Part shown: positions 1 through 9,522 of the stretch, one piece after another
Layout of the letters: each line of letters starts with the position of its first letter
How positions within the stretch are numbered: position 1 is the first letter of the stretch
IMG/VR virus record: IMGVR_UViG_3300046694_000291
Location: 20,107 to 84,106 of that record
Length of the DNA stretch: 64,000 nucleotides
Direction: 5' to 3' (one strand)
Origin: a virus
Program-made: the position numbers and the translations under genes
Notes under the pieces: generated by a model
Databases searched by the model: none
The model's input: only the letters and a program-made list of their open reading frames with translations
What the model was told of the DNA's origin: nothing

Positions 1-287
1 ACCGTGACCGTCTCGTCGTCCCCGGCACCGGCGCCGGTCTGGTTGTCCCCGGAGTGGATGATCGCACCCGTCTGGAGGGGGTCCAGGGAGTCGAGACCGG
101 CGAGCCGCTTCGGGTCCCCGGCCACCTTGAGAATGGCGATCAGGTCCAGGTCGGTGCCCCGCTTGCGCTTGAGGAAGCCCATCGCGCCCCCGGACGCACC
201 GCTCGTCGGGTCCCAGGAGACCCCCACGGCCATGTGCGTCATGCCCTCCAGGTCGGCCGGGCCGTCTTCCTTCTTGAGCTGGATCAT
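1..287 (-). CDS. TerD/TerZ-family stress protein (runs off left edge)
   Basis: Not in ORF track. Manual translation from ATG 287 gives MIQLKKEDGPADLEGMTHMAVGVSWDP...TDLDLIA...IIHSGDNQTGAGAGDDETVT, with the TerD signatures GxSWD, DLDL and HxGDNxTGxGxGDDE. Start overlaps the upstream stop (ATGA). Confidence 0.85.
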   Translation of the reverse strand, partial: MIQLKKEDGPADLEGMTHMAVGVSWDPTSGASGGAMGFLKRKRGTDLDLIAILKVAGDPKRLAGLDSLDPLQTGAIIHSGDNQTGAGAGDDETVT

Positions 288-589
288 TCCGTGTTCCCTT
301 CGCTGAGCGATCCCATCACGTACACCGAGCACAGCTTGTCGAGCCGTGCCTCCTCGGCGGCCGTCAGACCTCCGAGGTCGTTCTTGAGGAGCAGCGCGCG
401 CAGCTCGGCCCGGCGGCGGACCGTCCGGGATCCGAGCTGCGCTTCGAAGTCGATGCCCCGGCCCGGCTGGCACTCGGGGCAGGGGCAGGCACGGGGGTGG
501 ACGAGCTGCTCCCTCCGGACCGTGCAGCCGGGGCAGGCGCACTGCGGCCAGGGCACCTCCACCGGAGCGGGAGACGGCAGCTCAGGCAT
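284..589 (-). CDS. hypothetical Cys-rich protein
   Basis: MPELPSPAP..CACPGC..CPCPEC; tightly coupled to neighbouring genes. Confidence 0.6.
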   Translation of the reverse strand: MPELPSPAPVEVPWPQCACPGCTVRREQLVHPRACPCPECQPGRGIDFEAQLGSRTVRRRAELRALLLKNDLGGLTAAEEARLDKLCSVYVMGSLSEGNTE

Positions 590-941
590 CGCTGGCCCTC
601 TTCTGTCCGGGGTGCAGGGGTACGACACCCGGGTGTCCTGCCAGGGCACAGACCTGGCGCATCTCAGGCGGGTCCCCAGGCTTGCACGTGCACTGCCCCC
701 GGCCGTAGTTCGGGTCGAGGCCGACGCGCAGATTCTCCTTGCGACGCCACTGGTCCCGGCCCGCTTCCGAGCGGCAGTTCCAGCACCAGTGGCGGCCCAG
801 CTTGTCCGGCGCGTTCCAGCCCCGGCGCCGGGCCTCCTTCTCCATCTCGGCCTTGGTCGGGGCACGGTCGCCACGTTCCGTGGCCCAGAGGATGGAAGCC
901 CCGCACAGGGCGTTGCACTGAACGCCGTGGACCTGGCTCAT
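582..941 (-). CDS. hypothetical Zn-finger-like protein
   Basis: CNALCG...RRRGW...HWCWNC pattern typical of small actinophage genes. Confidence 0.6.
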   Translation of the reverse strand: MSQVHGVQCNALCGASILWATERGDRAPTKAEMEKEARRRGWNAPDKLGRHWCWNCRSEAGRDQWRRKENLRVGLDPNYGRGQCTCKPGDPPEMRQVCALAGHPGVVPLHPGQKRASDA

Positions 942-1066
942 GCCCCACCCCCGGGCAGCCGGGCGATGATGCACATCGCGATCACCCCGATGACCACCCA
1001 GCCGAACGGGCTGATGTGGAACAGGACCACCCTCTGGCGCGTGTGCCGCGCCCTGCGGCGCCCCAT
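938..1066 (-). CDS. small membrane protein
   Basis: Basic N-terminus plus hydrophobic stretch; fills gap with overlapping stop/start. Confidence 0.45.
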   Translation of the reverse strand: MGRRRARHTRQRVVLFHISPFGWVVIGVIAMCIIARLPGGGA

Positions 1067-1596
1067 CACGTCACCGGCGAGTTGATGTAGGCGTCCCGGA
1101 CCTCTCGGTCGTGGGACGTGGCGGCGGCCAGCGCGCGCCGGGCAGGCATCGGGAGCACGGTCTGCCGGGTGCGCCGGTCGACCACGGTCAGGGACTCCAC
1201 CAGCTCGAACGGGGTCTCCACGAACGAGACCTGGATGAAGTCCCGCTCGCCGGGAACGTCCGAGGCGCCGCAGTTGACCACGTACAGCTTCCGGTCCTCG
1301 GCCCTGAAGAGCCGGACCTCCGTCCAGCGGCAGGTGGAGCAGTGGACCTTCTGCGGTGCCCACCCGGTGTCCGGGTGGCCCTTGTGCTCGGGCCGGTAGC
1401 TGGAGCCCATGCCGAGGAACGCGCCCGTGATCGTGTGCACGGTCCCGTCCCGGTCGGGGAAGACCCAGCGGGCGACGTCGCCGTGCTCGTCGGCCTCGGG
1501 CAGTTCGTTGCGGGTGTCGGGACTGGGCATGATCGTGACTCCTCGGTCCGTGGTCTCGTGATCCCTCGCAGGGATGGTACCCAGCGGGGTGCTCAT
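1066..1596 (-). CDS. hypothetical protein
   Basis: Good codon usage; HCSTCRW motif; ATGA overlap with upstream gene. Confidence 0.7.
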   Translation of the reverse strand: MSTPLGTIPARDHETTDRGVTIMPSPDTRNELPEADEHGDVARWVFPDRDGTVHTITGAFLGMGSSYRPEHKGHPDTGWAPQKVHCSTCRWTEVRLFRAEDRKLYVVNCGASDVPGERDFIQVSFVETPFELVESLTVVDRRTRQTVLPMPARRALAAATSHDREVRDAYINSPVT

Positions 1597-2441
1597 GACC
1601 GGGGTCCCTGGGCCTGGAGCTTGTAGCGGTCCGACTTGCGGCCGAGGTTGTAGAGGCGCAGCGCGTACCGGTACGCGGCCTCGGTGCGGTGGATGGTGTC
1701 CGAGCCGTACAGCGCCAGCACACCGCCCTTGAACGTCTGCGGGGTGTCCAGACCGGCCAGCTTGCGGGCGAAGCCCACCGTGTCCACGGCCGCGCCGTGA
1801 CGCTGGTAGAGCAGGCCGATGCCGTCGATGGCCTCGGCGGAGGCGACGTTGCGGCGGTGGCCCCACGCCCGCACCAGCAGATCGAACGCCCGGTTGAGGG
1901 AGTCGGGGCCGTCGGGCAGGCTCATGATCCGGCGGGCCGAGGCGACCGCCGTGAACCGGTGGGTCGGCCGAGCACCCCGGCCGATCTCGAAACCGTGCTG
2001 CTTGACCATGCGGTCCAGGTCCAGCGCCCAGGGCTCCCTGGCGACGATGGCCAGGCGGAACTTGTCGATGGTGCGGACGGCCGCGCGGTCGTTGTGGCTC
2101 AGGAAGGTCTCCGCCTCCTGCTGGCGGGTCAGGCCGTAGTAGACCTGGCAGATGACGGGCAGGGTGGTCTCGTCCGTCCCGGTGAACCGGCGGATCGCGG
2201 CCAGGCGGGTCTGCCCGTCCAGCGTCACGTACCGGTAGCCGCTGGCGCCGGTCTCGGGGTCGAGGGTCCGGCGGGCCGAGACGGTGAAGATGCCCAGGGC
2301 GGACTCGTCGAAGTTGTCGGCCAGCCTGCGGACACGGTTCTCGTTCAGCATGCGCTGCACGTCCGGGTCCACGTCCAGCTCGTTGGCCGGGATGGTCCGC
2401 ACCTCGAACCGGCGTCCGGACACCTCTCCAGGAATGCTCAT
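1593..2441 (-). CDS. ParB/Srx-superfamily protein (DGQxR / DUF6551-like)
   Basis: VDPDVQR...LDGQTRLAA motifs characteristic of ParB-like/DGQHR domains. Confidence 0.7.
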   Translation of the reverse strand: MSIPGEVSGRRFEVRTIPANELDVDPDVQRMLNENRVRRLADNFDESALGIFTVSARRTLDPETGASGYRYVTLDGQTRLAAIRRFTGTDETTLPVICQVYYGLTRQQEAETFLSHNDRAAVRTIDKFRLAIVAREPWALDLDRMVKQHGFEIGRGARPTHRFTAVASARRIMSLPDGPDSLNRAFDLLVRAWGHRRNVASAEAIDGIGLLYQRHGAAVDTVGFARKLAGLDTPQTFKGGVLALYGSDTIHRTEAAYRYALRLYNLGRKSDRYKLQAQGPRS

Positions 2442-2556
2442 GGTCTGTGATCCTTTGGTCTGTGGTCCCCGTCGGCCGGGGCCGTGGGTAGTACGTCACA
2501 GAGGAGGGTACCTACCTTTAAGTAAATCGAAACATCCCGAGCGAGAGGACCACGGA

Positions 2557-3156
2557 ATGAAGATCATGGGAGTCGACCCGAGCATCACCCGGACCGGCAT
2601 CGGCCTGCCGGACCAGACGACGTTCACCGTCTCGTCCCCGAAGCAGGTCACCGGCGACGACCGGCTGGAGTACTACGCCGACCACATCGGGCTCGCGGCC
2701 CGGACCTGCGGCGCGGACCTGGTGGTGATGGAGGACGCGCCGACGGCCCTCCAGGGCAACGCGGGCCGGGTGCTGCTGCACCTCCAGGGCGTCCTCCGGC
2801 TGGAGCTGAAGCGCCAGCACATCCCGTACATGATCCTGAGCCCGAGCACGCTCAAGAAGTTCGCCACCGGCAACGGCTCGGCCGACAAGACGGCGATGGC
2901 GATCGCCGCGATCAAGCGCCTTGGCCGCGAGTACGCCACGAACGACGAGTGCGACGCCGACTGGCTGCGGATCGCGGGCCGGTTCGCATACGGCTACGGG
3001 GAGCCGGTGCCGATCTGGTCGACCAGCTACGTCACCCTGCCCCAGGTGAACCTGGAAGCCCTGCGCTGGGCGGGCACCGGCAAGAAGAGGCACGAGATCG
3101 TGTGGCCGGAGATCGGCGGCCACACGCCGTGGCCCTTGGTGACGCTCAGGGCCTGA
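2557..3156 (+). CDS. ruvC: RuvC-like Holliday junction resolvase
   Basis: MGVDPSITRTG, VVMED, PSTLKKFATGNGSADK, NDECDA. Confidence 0.88.
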   Translation: MKIMGVDPSITRTGIGLPDQTTFTVSSPKQVTGDDRLEYYADHIGLAARTCGADLVVMEDAPTALQGNAGRVLLHLQGVLRLELKRQHIPYMILSPSTLKKFATGNGSADKTAMAIAAIKRLGREYATNDECDADWLRIAGRFAYGYGEPVPIWSTSYVTLPQVNLEALRWAGTGKKRHEIVWPEIGGHTPWPLVTLRA

Positions 3157-3160
3157 ACAG

Positions 3161-3199
3161 CCGAGAGCCCGGCCTCCCCCTAAGGAGCCGGGCTCTCGG
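3161..3199. terminator. bidirectional hairpin terminator between convergent genes
   Basis: CCGAGAGCCCGG...CCGGGCTCTCGG 12-bp stem. Confidence 0.7.
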
Positions 3200-3210
3200 T
3201 GCCTGGTGGA

Positions 3211-3654
3211 TCAGGCCTTGGCGAACGGGTCGGCGGGCTCCGCCTTCTTCCCTGCGAGGTAGTCGCGCGCAAGCTGCGCCTGCTCCGCGTTCGGCTCGGC
3301 CAGGACCCACGGGGCCGACTGGCCCGGCTTCTTCTGGGCCTCGTCCTGGATCAGGACCCCGAGGATCATCTTCGGGTGCCCGGTGGCCTCGTCCACGCCG
3401 TGCTTCTCGTTGAAGAGCGCCTGGCGCTTCATGGCCGAGATGAGAACGCGCTGGAAGACCATCGTGTCCTCGACCTCCTCGACGCCGTCAGGACCGTCCA
3501 GGACGACGAAGTCGACGCGTACCGCGTCCGTCTCGCCGTGGACCGTCTTCTGGGCCTGGACGTACTCCGTGGGGGTGACCAGCAGGAGCTGGTCGGCGTA
3601 CTCGGTGATGCCCGCGCCCCCGGCGGAGCCGGACTTGAACGGGTCGTTGCCCAT
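3211..3654 (-). CDS. putative single-stranded DNA-binding protein
   Basis: Beta-rich, acidic DPF-type C-terminus, adjacent to exonuclease; resembles cluster-B-type actinophage SSBs. Confidence 0.55.
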   Translation of the reverse strand: MGNDPFKSGSAGGAGITEYADQLLLVTPTEYVQAQKTVHGETDAVRVDFVVLDGPDGVEEVEDTMVFQRVLISAMKRQALFNEKHGVDEATGHPKMILGVLIQDEAQKKPGQSAPWVLAEPNAEQAQLARDYLAGKKAEPADPFAKA

Positions 3655-3820
3655 GAGCTTCCTCTTTCACTTGATCTTTGCTGGATGGTGAGGTGGAGGG
3701 CTGGACCAGGCGTACATCCGCCTGCCCTCACCGAGGTGGTTTGACCCGCCTGGCCCTCCTGTTGTGCACACCCTCAGCCTACCTGTCCCGGGGTTTGATT
3801 AAACCGGGTTCCGGTCCAGG

Positions 3821-6634
3821 TCAGGCACCTTTTTCCACCAGGCTGGCCAGCCTGGACTGCATGATCTGGACCAGCTTGTCGACCTCGGCCTTGGGGGTGC
3901 GGGCCGCGACCGCCTCCTTCCACACGGCCGAGGCCGCCTGCTGGGTGGTGACGATGCGTGCCTTGTCCTCCAGGGTCACCGGCCGGGACGCGACCACAGT
4001 CGAGACACGGGAGGCGGGCTCCTCCCCGTCATGGTCCCCGCCGACCGGCGCCCGGCGCACGACCTGAGCCGCGCTCTCCTCCACGTCCGCCACGCTCAGC
4101 GGGGTGGCCAGGCCACCGAGCTTGCGGGTGGCGCGGACCTGGCCGCACAGCACCGCCGCCGCCCACCCGGCGTCCAGGTCGATGGCATACAGGGTGGCGA
4201 GGTCGTCCTCGGGCTTGCGGTCGACCGGCAGGTGCGGCACGAGCGCGACGTCCGTACGCACCTTGAGCAGGACGTCCGGGTTGTCGGGCAGGGTCGGCTT
4301 GCCCCAGGTGCCGGTCTCCCAGCTCCACACACCCGAGGTGTTGAGGCCCTGGGCGTAGATGGCGAGCTGGATGCAGATCTCCACCCAGCCGTAGCTCAGG
4401 TCCGCGCCCGTCTTGACGTCGCCGATCACGTACTCACCGGCGTACAGGGTGACGGTCCGCTTGTTGAGCGTGAAGGTGATGTCCCGCGTCACCCGGTAGC
4501 AGCGGTCCGAGGTGCCCGCGATCTCGTACTGGACGACGCCGGTGGTGAACTCGATCAGTCCCGGGACGGGCTCCAGCCCGAAGTCGCGCAGCAGCAGCTC
4601 GTACGCGTCCACGGTCGGCCGCAGCTTGTCCGGGATGACCTTGGCCTTGACCGGCTGGCCGACCAGGGCCTTGTCCCGGTCCTCGGTGAAGGCGTGGACG
4701 GCCGTGCCGAGGTTGGCCGCGACCTTGTTGCCCGCTGCCTTCTTCGCGTCCTCGACGAGGGTGTTGACCTTGTCCTTGTCCTCCTTGACGTCCAGGGTGG
4801 ACACGGCGGCCACGATGTCCGGCCGCAGGGCCGCGCCCTTGAGCGTCATCCGCTGCGCCCACTGGGACAGCGCGAACGTGTCCTGGATGGACTTGGCGTA
4901 GGTGGTGGCGCGGGTCCAGTTGACCGCCTTGCCGGTGACGGGGTGCAGGAGCTTGTACCGGCCGTAGCGGTCGTACTTGTCGGACTCGCTGGTGGCCTGC
5001 TTGGCGGTGCTGAAGGCGTCGGCCACCTCAGTCCTCTTCCGCGCACTCGGAGTGGATGAAGCCGCCCTCGCCGTCGGCCCGGATGAGGTCGCCCTCTTGG
5101 ATCCGGCCTCCTTCGGCGCAGTCGTCGGCGTCGCAGTCGGAGTCGTAGGTGGCGTAGAACTCGGGGCCGAGCTGCGGTCCGGTGTCCCCGGAACCGAGAG
5201 CGAAGGGGTTGGGGACTGCTGCGGGCCGGGGCTGCTCGGCGAGGTGCCGCCGGTAGCGCGGTCCCGCCGGGGGCGCGGCGTTCCGTTCAGATCCGTGCAT
5301 GTGATCTCCTCACTCAGGTCGGTCAGCTCACCGGTACGGCCAGCATGGGCCCCGGCACTGACAACCATGACTTGGACGCAGAAGTCGGTGACGGCCTGCA
5401 CCCGGTAGACGAGCTGGTTGAGCGGCGGCCGGGCGGTGTGCCGGACGAAGAGCATGCCCTCAGCCAGGTTGCCGAGGCGGTCCTGGTAGCTGAGCTGAGG
5501 ACGGCAGAACTGAGCCGTCTCGTCTGGACCGTGAGCACGGCAACCCACTCCGACCGAACAGCCCCAGACGACGTGCTTCACCGAACCGTCCGGCTCGAAC
5601 CGGTCGGCCAGTGGGGTCACCTCGTGCCCGCAGTCCCAGCACTCCGGGTTGAGCGCGGCAGTGCGCTGGACGTCCTCGGGCATCTTCTCCAGGATGTCCG
5701 GCGGGCAGTGCCAGTCGACCGGGCCGGGCTCGGGCTCGTCGGCTCCGCAGATCATGCACACGCTGCCGCTGTGTCCATTGCCGTCGTCCCCGTAGGTGAA
5801 GCCACCGGGGTGGGTGCAGCAGCCCGGGAGACGGCAGTCTCCGGCCTCTCCGGGGTGGATCTCGGGGCCGAGGTCGGTCGTGAGGACGTGCGTGGGGTCG
5901 AACAGGGCCGCGTCGCTCTGGCTCCGCAGTTCGTCCCGGTCGGCGTCCCGCATCTCCATGGCAGCGGCGGCACTGGAGGCGAGACGGTACTCGCCTTCTG
6001 CCTTGGCCAGGTCGGTCAGGTCGGCCCGGTTCAGCATCCGGAGCCGGGACTCGGCCAGGCCGTCCCGGAGGGCCTGGTCATAGTCGGCGTCCTCCTCGTT
6101 CCGGATACGCTCGACCTCGGCGATGGCGATGTCGGCCTCGTGCCGGTGAGGGTCCGGCTGCCGGTCGTGCGGCAGGCCGACGTCCTCCACGCGTCGGGTG
6201 GCCGGGGTGCCGGAGGGCCAGTGCAGTCCACGGGCGTCGGCCTGCTCCGGGGTCAGCAGCGCGCGCATCCAGTCCTCCTCGGACCACTCCGCCGTGTCGG
6301 CCCGGTATCCGTCCGGCCCGACCGCGATCGGGAAGGCGCTGCCGCCTTCGGCACACGGCTCACCGTGCGGGGTGAGGTGGCTGCGGGCGCGGTGGTTCGA
6401 GGTGAGCTGGACCTGGTGACCGCAGCCGGTCGGTCCGCTCGGCACCCGGCACAGGAACCGGACGTCCCCGGCGAGCTGTGCCTTGGCGCCCTCCGGGGGC
6501 TGGCCGACGCCCCGGCACTTCCGACTGTCCGGGGACTCGTGGCACTCCGGGTCGGTAGCCAGGTGGTACCTGACGGTGCCATCGGCGTTGACGTTGTACT
6601 CGTTCTTGCAGCAAGGGCAGTTACCGCGTGCCAT
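3821..6634 (-). CDS. Cys/His-rich N-terminal region in frame with a PD-(D/E)xK (RecB/Cas4-like) exonuclease; likely internal start at GTG 5026
   Basis: C-terminal GTAVH, IAGTSDR, IGDVKTG, IQLAIYA motifs; RBS-like GAGGA before GTG 5026. Confidence 0.75.
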   Translation of the reverse strand: MARGNCPCCKNEYNVNADGTVRYHLATDPECHESPDSRKCRGVGQPPEGAKAQLAGDVRFLCRVPSGPTGCGHQVQLTSNHRARSHLTPHGEPCAEGGSAFPIAVGPDGYRADTAEWSEEDWMRALLTPEQADARGLHWPSGTPATRRVEDVGLPHDRQPDPHRHEADIAIAEVERIRNEEDADYDQALRDGLAESRLRMLNRADLTDLAKAEGEYRLASSAAAAMEMRDADRDELRSQSDAALFDPTHVLTTDLGPEIHPGEAGDCRLPGCCTHPGGFTYGDDGNGHSGSVCMICGADEPEPGPVDWHCPPDILEKMPEDVQRTAALNPECWDCGHEVTPLADRFEPDGSVKHVVWGCSVGVGCRAHGPDETAQFCRPQLSYQDRLGNLAEGMLFVRHTARPPLNQLVYRVQAVTDFCVQVMVVSAGAHAGRTGELTDLSEEITCTDLNGTPRPRRDRATGGTSPSSPGPQQSPTPSLSVPGTPDRSSAPSSTPPTTPTATPTTAPKEAGSKRATSSGPTARAASSTPSARKRTEVADAFSTAKQATSESDKYDRYGRYKLLHPVTGKAVNWTRATTYAKSIQDTFALSQWAQRMTLKGAALRPDIVAAVSTLDVKEDKDKVNTLVEDAKKAAGNKVAANLGTAVHAFTEDRDKALVGQPVKAKVIPDKLRPTVDAYELLLRDFGLEPVPGLIEFTTGVVQYEIAGTSDRCYRVTRDITFTLNKRTVTLYAGEYVIGDVKTGADLSYGWVEICIQLAIYAQGLNTSGVWSWETGTWGKPTLPDNPDVLLKVRTDVALVPHLPVDRKPEDDLATLYAIDLDAGWAAAVLCGQVRATRKLGGLATPLSVADVEESAAQVVRRAPVGGDHDGEEPASRVSTVVASRPVTLEDKARIVTTQQAASAVWKEAVAARTPKAEVDKLVQIMQSRLASLVEKGA
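5028..5300 (-). CDS. small Zn-binding protein nested out of frame in the long ORF
   Basis: GAGGAG RBS 5 nt before ATG 5300; FYATYDSDC..C..IQEGDLI...HSEC pattern. Confidence 0.6.
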   Translation of the reverse strand: MHGSERNAAPPAGPRYRRHLAEQPRPAAVPNPFALGSGDTGPQLGPEFYATYDSDCDADDCAEGGRIQEGDLIRADGEGGFIHSECAEED

Positions 6635-6965
6635 CGTTCTTCGTCCTGTCCTCGAAGGGGTTCTCGGGCTCGGGCACCGGAGCACCGCACCGGCGGCACG
6701 TGTCCCGGGGCTCGTCCCAGATGCTCTTGAAGGTGTGCCCCTCGGTCCAGCACTCCTTCAGCTCCCTGAGCGCCTGCTGGGCCACCTGCCGCCCGGCCTG
6801 GTACGCACGGGCGTCCAGCTCCGGGGTCTCGTAGTCGTCCAGGTCGTGCGCCGCGAGGTCCAGCGCCCCGAGGGCCTGGGCGATCTCCTCGCGCACGATG
6901 GCCCGGATGCGGACCGCCTCGGCCTCCTGTGCCAGAGCCTGCACGTTGTCGTCGTTCAGCCTCAT
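6621..6965 (-). CDS. hypothetical protein
   Basis: Strong RBS; C..GH...CRRCG motif. Confidence 0.7.
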   Translation of the reverse strand: MRLNDDNVQALAQEAEAVRIRAIVREEIAQALGALDLAAHDLDDYETPELDARAYQAGRQVAQQALRELKECWTEGHTFKSIWDEPRDTCRRCGAPVPEPENPFEDRTKNDGTR

Positions 6966-7007
6966 GTTCCTTCTTCCTTGGTCCAGTTGAGTGAGGACCT
7001 ACCCTGG

Positions 7008-8702
7008 TTACTGCTTGACGAACCGGTCGACCCGGCGGCTCGCCAGACCGACGGAGATCAGGTCGCCGACCTCTCCGGCGCGCATACTCTCGGTGATCTT
7101 CTGGTGGAGGTTGGTGGCGTAGCGGATCTGCGCCTCGGAGGCGGGCTTGCGGCGCCAGGAGGCGTTCTTGCCGGTGTTGATGGCGGAGCGCTCGTCGGCC
7201 TCCGACTCACCCCAGGCCATCGCCATGCCGAGGTCAAGGCAGGTGTGCAGCCGCTGCCAGGGCTTCTTGTCCTCGGGCACGTGGACGACGTCCCACAGGC
7301 CCTCCTGGTCCACGCACGGCCAGAGCAGGAGAAGACCGTTGCCCCCGAGGGGGATGAACTGCACGCCCTTGTCGGTGCGGAGCCACTGGTACGCGGCCGA
7401 GGCACCGAACAGGTCGAGGTCCTTGTGCTTCAGCTCGAACCGGACCGACCCGGCGGGCGCCTTGGCCTCCTTGCGCTCCTCCTCCCGCTCGTACGCCTCG
7501 GCCAGCGACTCGCCGTCCCTGACGCTGGGCACCTCGTCGGGGTCCAGGTCGACCAGGGTGGAGATCCGGCCGCCGCCGTCGGACATGATGAGCACCAGCG
7601 CGTCGGACTTGCCGGTCACCCGGCTCGGCCGCAGCACCCGCCCGACCATCTGGACGAACAGGGCCTGGTTCGAGGTCGGCCGGGCGATGACCGCGCAGTC
7701 CGCGAACGGGAAGTCGGCCCCCTCGGTCAGCACCATGCAGTTGACAATCACCCGGACCCGGCCGGTGCGGAACTGCTCGTAGGTGTGCAGCCGCTCCTCC
7801 CTCGGGGTGTGCCCAGCCACGACCTCTGTAGGGACTCCCGAGTGCACCAGGTGGTCGGCCGTCTCGTGCGCCATCGCCACCGTCGGCACGAACACCAGCA
7901 CCGAGCGCCGGTCGCGCGCCTGCGTCTGGAGCACCTGCCGGATGATCTCCGGCGCCCCTGCCGCCTGCATGGCCTCGCCGAGGGACTTGGCCTGGTAGTC
8001 CCCGCCGGAGCGCTTGACCGACTTCAGGTCCAGGTCGGCCATCTCGATCTGCCGGGCCCGGACGTCGACCAGGTACCCGTCGGCGATCATCTTGAGGATC
8101 GAGCGGGTGAAGACGACGTCCTCCCACACACCGCCAAGACCGCGTCCGTCGCCCCGGGCGAGCGTGGCCGTGAAGCCGACCGCGTGCCGGTTGGGCGCGC
8201 CGCTGTAGCAGCCCAGCGCCGCCATGATGTTCCGGTAGCTGACCGCCACGGCGTGATGGCACTCGTCGACGATCGTGAGCCCGATGGCCCCGGCGTACGA
8301 CTGCGCGTCCAGCAGCTCCTGAGCGCGCTTCTCCCGCGCCAGGGTCTGCACCGAGCACACCATCACGTCGGCGAACAGGTCGTTGTCGGCCGCCTTGACC
8401 TTGCCGAGGGACAGGTGCGGGGCGATGACGCGGAGCTTGGCGAGGGTCTGGTCGGCCAGTTCGTCCCGGTGCACCAGGATGACCACCCGGCCGCCCTTGA
8501 TCCGGCGGCCGTCGACCACGGACCGGGTCCACTCCATGTACTGACTCGCCAGGTGGCTGAAGACGACCGTCTTGCCCGAGCCGGTGGGCAGCACGACCGC
8601 CGGGCGCTGCATGCCCTCGGTCCAGGAGGAGAACACGGCCGTGATCGCCTGCTCCTGGTAGGGCCGCAGCCGGAGCATGTCCTTGGGTGCGGTGGTGGTC
8701 AC
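7008..8702 (-). CDS. superfamily 2 DNA helicase (DExH, ResIII/IRC3-like)
   Basis: LRPYQ, LPTGSGKT, DECHH, GFTAT, LTEGADFP, QMVGRVLR. Confidence 0.93.
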   Translation of the reverse strand: MTTTAPKDMLRLRPYQEQAITAVFSSWTEGMQRPAVVLPTGSGKTVVFSHLASQYMEWTRSVVDGRRIKGGRVVILVHRDELADQTLAKLRVIAPHLSLGKVKAADNDLFADVMVCSVQTLAREKRAQELLDAQSYAGAIGLTIVDECHHAVAVSYRNIMAALGCYSGAPNRHAVGFTATLARGDGRGLGGVWEDVVFTRSILKMIADGYLVDVRARQIEMADLDLKSVKRSGGDYQAKSLGEAMQAAGAPEIIRQVLQTQARDRRSVLVFVPTVAMAHETADHLVHSGVPTEVVAGHTPREERLHTYEQFRTGRVRVIVNCMVLTEGADFPFADCAVIARPTSNQALFVQMVGRVLRPSRVTGKSDALVLIMSDGGGRISTLVDLDPDEVPSVRDGESLAEAYEREEERKEAKAPAGSVRFELKHKDLDLFGASAAYQWLRTDKGVQFIPLGGNGLLLLWPCVDQEGLWDVVHVPEDKKPWQRLHTCLDLGMAMAWGESEADERSAINTGKNASWRRKPASEAQIRYATNLHQKITESMRAGEVGDLISVGLASRRVDRFVKQ

Positions 8703-9142
8703 TGCTCGTCTCCTGACTCGGGAGCACGCCGGTGGTTGCCTGCCTTCAAAGCAGCTAGCCGGTTCGCTGTCCGCTCACCCACGCCGTCCCGGGCGTAGTG
8801 CCCGGACTCGAACCAGCCGCAGGAGCAGCGCACGAACCAGTCCCCGCCCGGCTGGTCCGGGTCGGGGTCCGTGCCGTGCTCGGTGATGTGCCGGGGGTTC
8901 TGCTGCTCCTCGGTGAAGGGGTGGAGGTCGATCGTACGGGCCGAGTCGGCCGGGACGGACAGGTGCGGCAGGCGTCCCGAGGGGTGCCGGTCCATGGCCT
9001 GCTGGAGGGGGTCGGGCCGGACAGGAAGATCTGCCGGGGCCCGGAACGCCTCCAGGAGCAGGGCACGGCACTTGGGGCAGTCGGTCTCCAGGCCGAGACG
9101 GTCCTCACCGTCCAGGCAGGTGTGCCGGAAGATCATGTCCAT
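8699..9142 (-). CDS. hypothetical protein
   Basis: Coupled ORF; CPKC and CSCGW motifs. Confidence 0.6.
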   Translation of the reverse strand: MDMIFRHTCLDGEDRLGLETDCPKCRALLLEAFRAPADLPVRPDPLQQAMDRHPSGRLPHLSVPADSARTIDLHPFTEEQQNPRHITEHGTDPDPDQPGGDWFVRCSCGWFESGHYARDGVGERTANRLAALKAGNHRRAPESGDEQ

Positions 9143-9522
9143 TCCTCCTCGGGCAGCTCATCGACGAAGGTGACCCCGAGCGCCTGGGCAACAGCGTCCC
9201 TCATGTACCACCAGGGCTGCTCCGCGTTGCCGTCCCGGTCCTTCTCCAGCTCCAGCCGGTTCAGGTCCCGCAGCAGCTCCACCACAGGCGGCTCGGGCAC
9301 CCGGCCCCAGCCGAGCCAGTTCTTGAGGTAGACGGCGAAGTACGACACGGTCCCGATCAGGAAGCCGAACTGGAGCGTGCCGATGGCGTAGAAGGCCCAC
9401 AGCGCCTGAGTGGTCATGGACAGGACCCACCCCCAGCGCTTCTTGAGGCCGACCACGTACATGCCGAGCAGGCCGAACGGCGCCAGGCACCAGCTTCCGT
9501 AATGGATCAGCCAGTCAGCCAT
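9133..9522 (-). CDS. membrane protein, short PnuC-like
   Basis: Three hydrophobic segments with a KKRWGW..W..Y..W pattern like actinophage PnuC-like proteins. Confidence 0.5.
   Translation of the reverse strand: MADWLIHYGSWCLAPFGLLGMYVVGLKKRWGWVLSMTTQALWAFYAIGTLQFGFLIGTVSYFAVYLKNWLGWGRVPEPPVVELLRDLNRLELEKDRDGNAEQPWWYMRDAVAQALGVTFVDELPEEEWT

Noticed and set aside
1593-2441. DndB / phosphorothioate system
   Set aside because: DGQxR motif present but no dndA/C/D/E or ssp genes nearby; better treated as a ParB-like protein
3821-5026. Cas4 implying CRISPR adaptation
   Set aside because: No Fe-S cysteine cluster in the nuclease domain and no cas context; SSB/helicase neighbours indicate a recombination exonuclease
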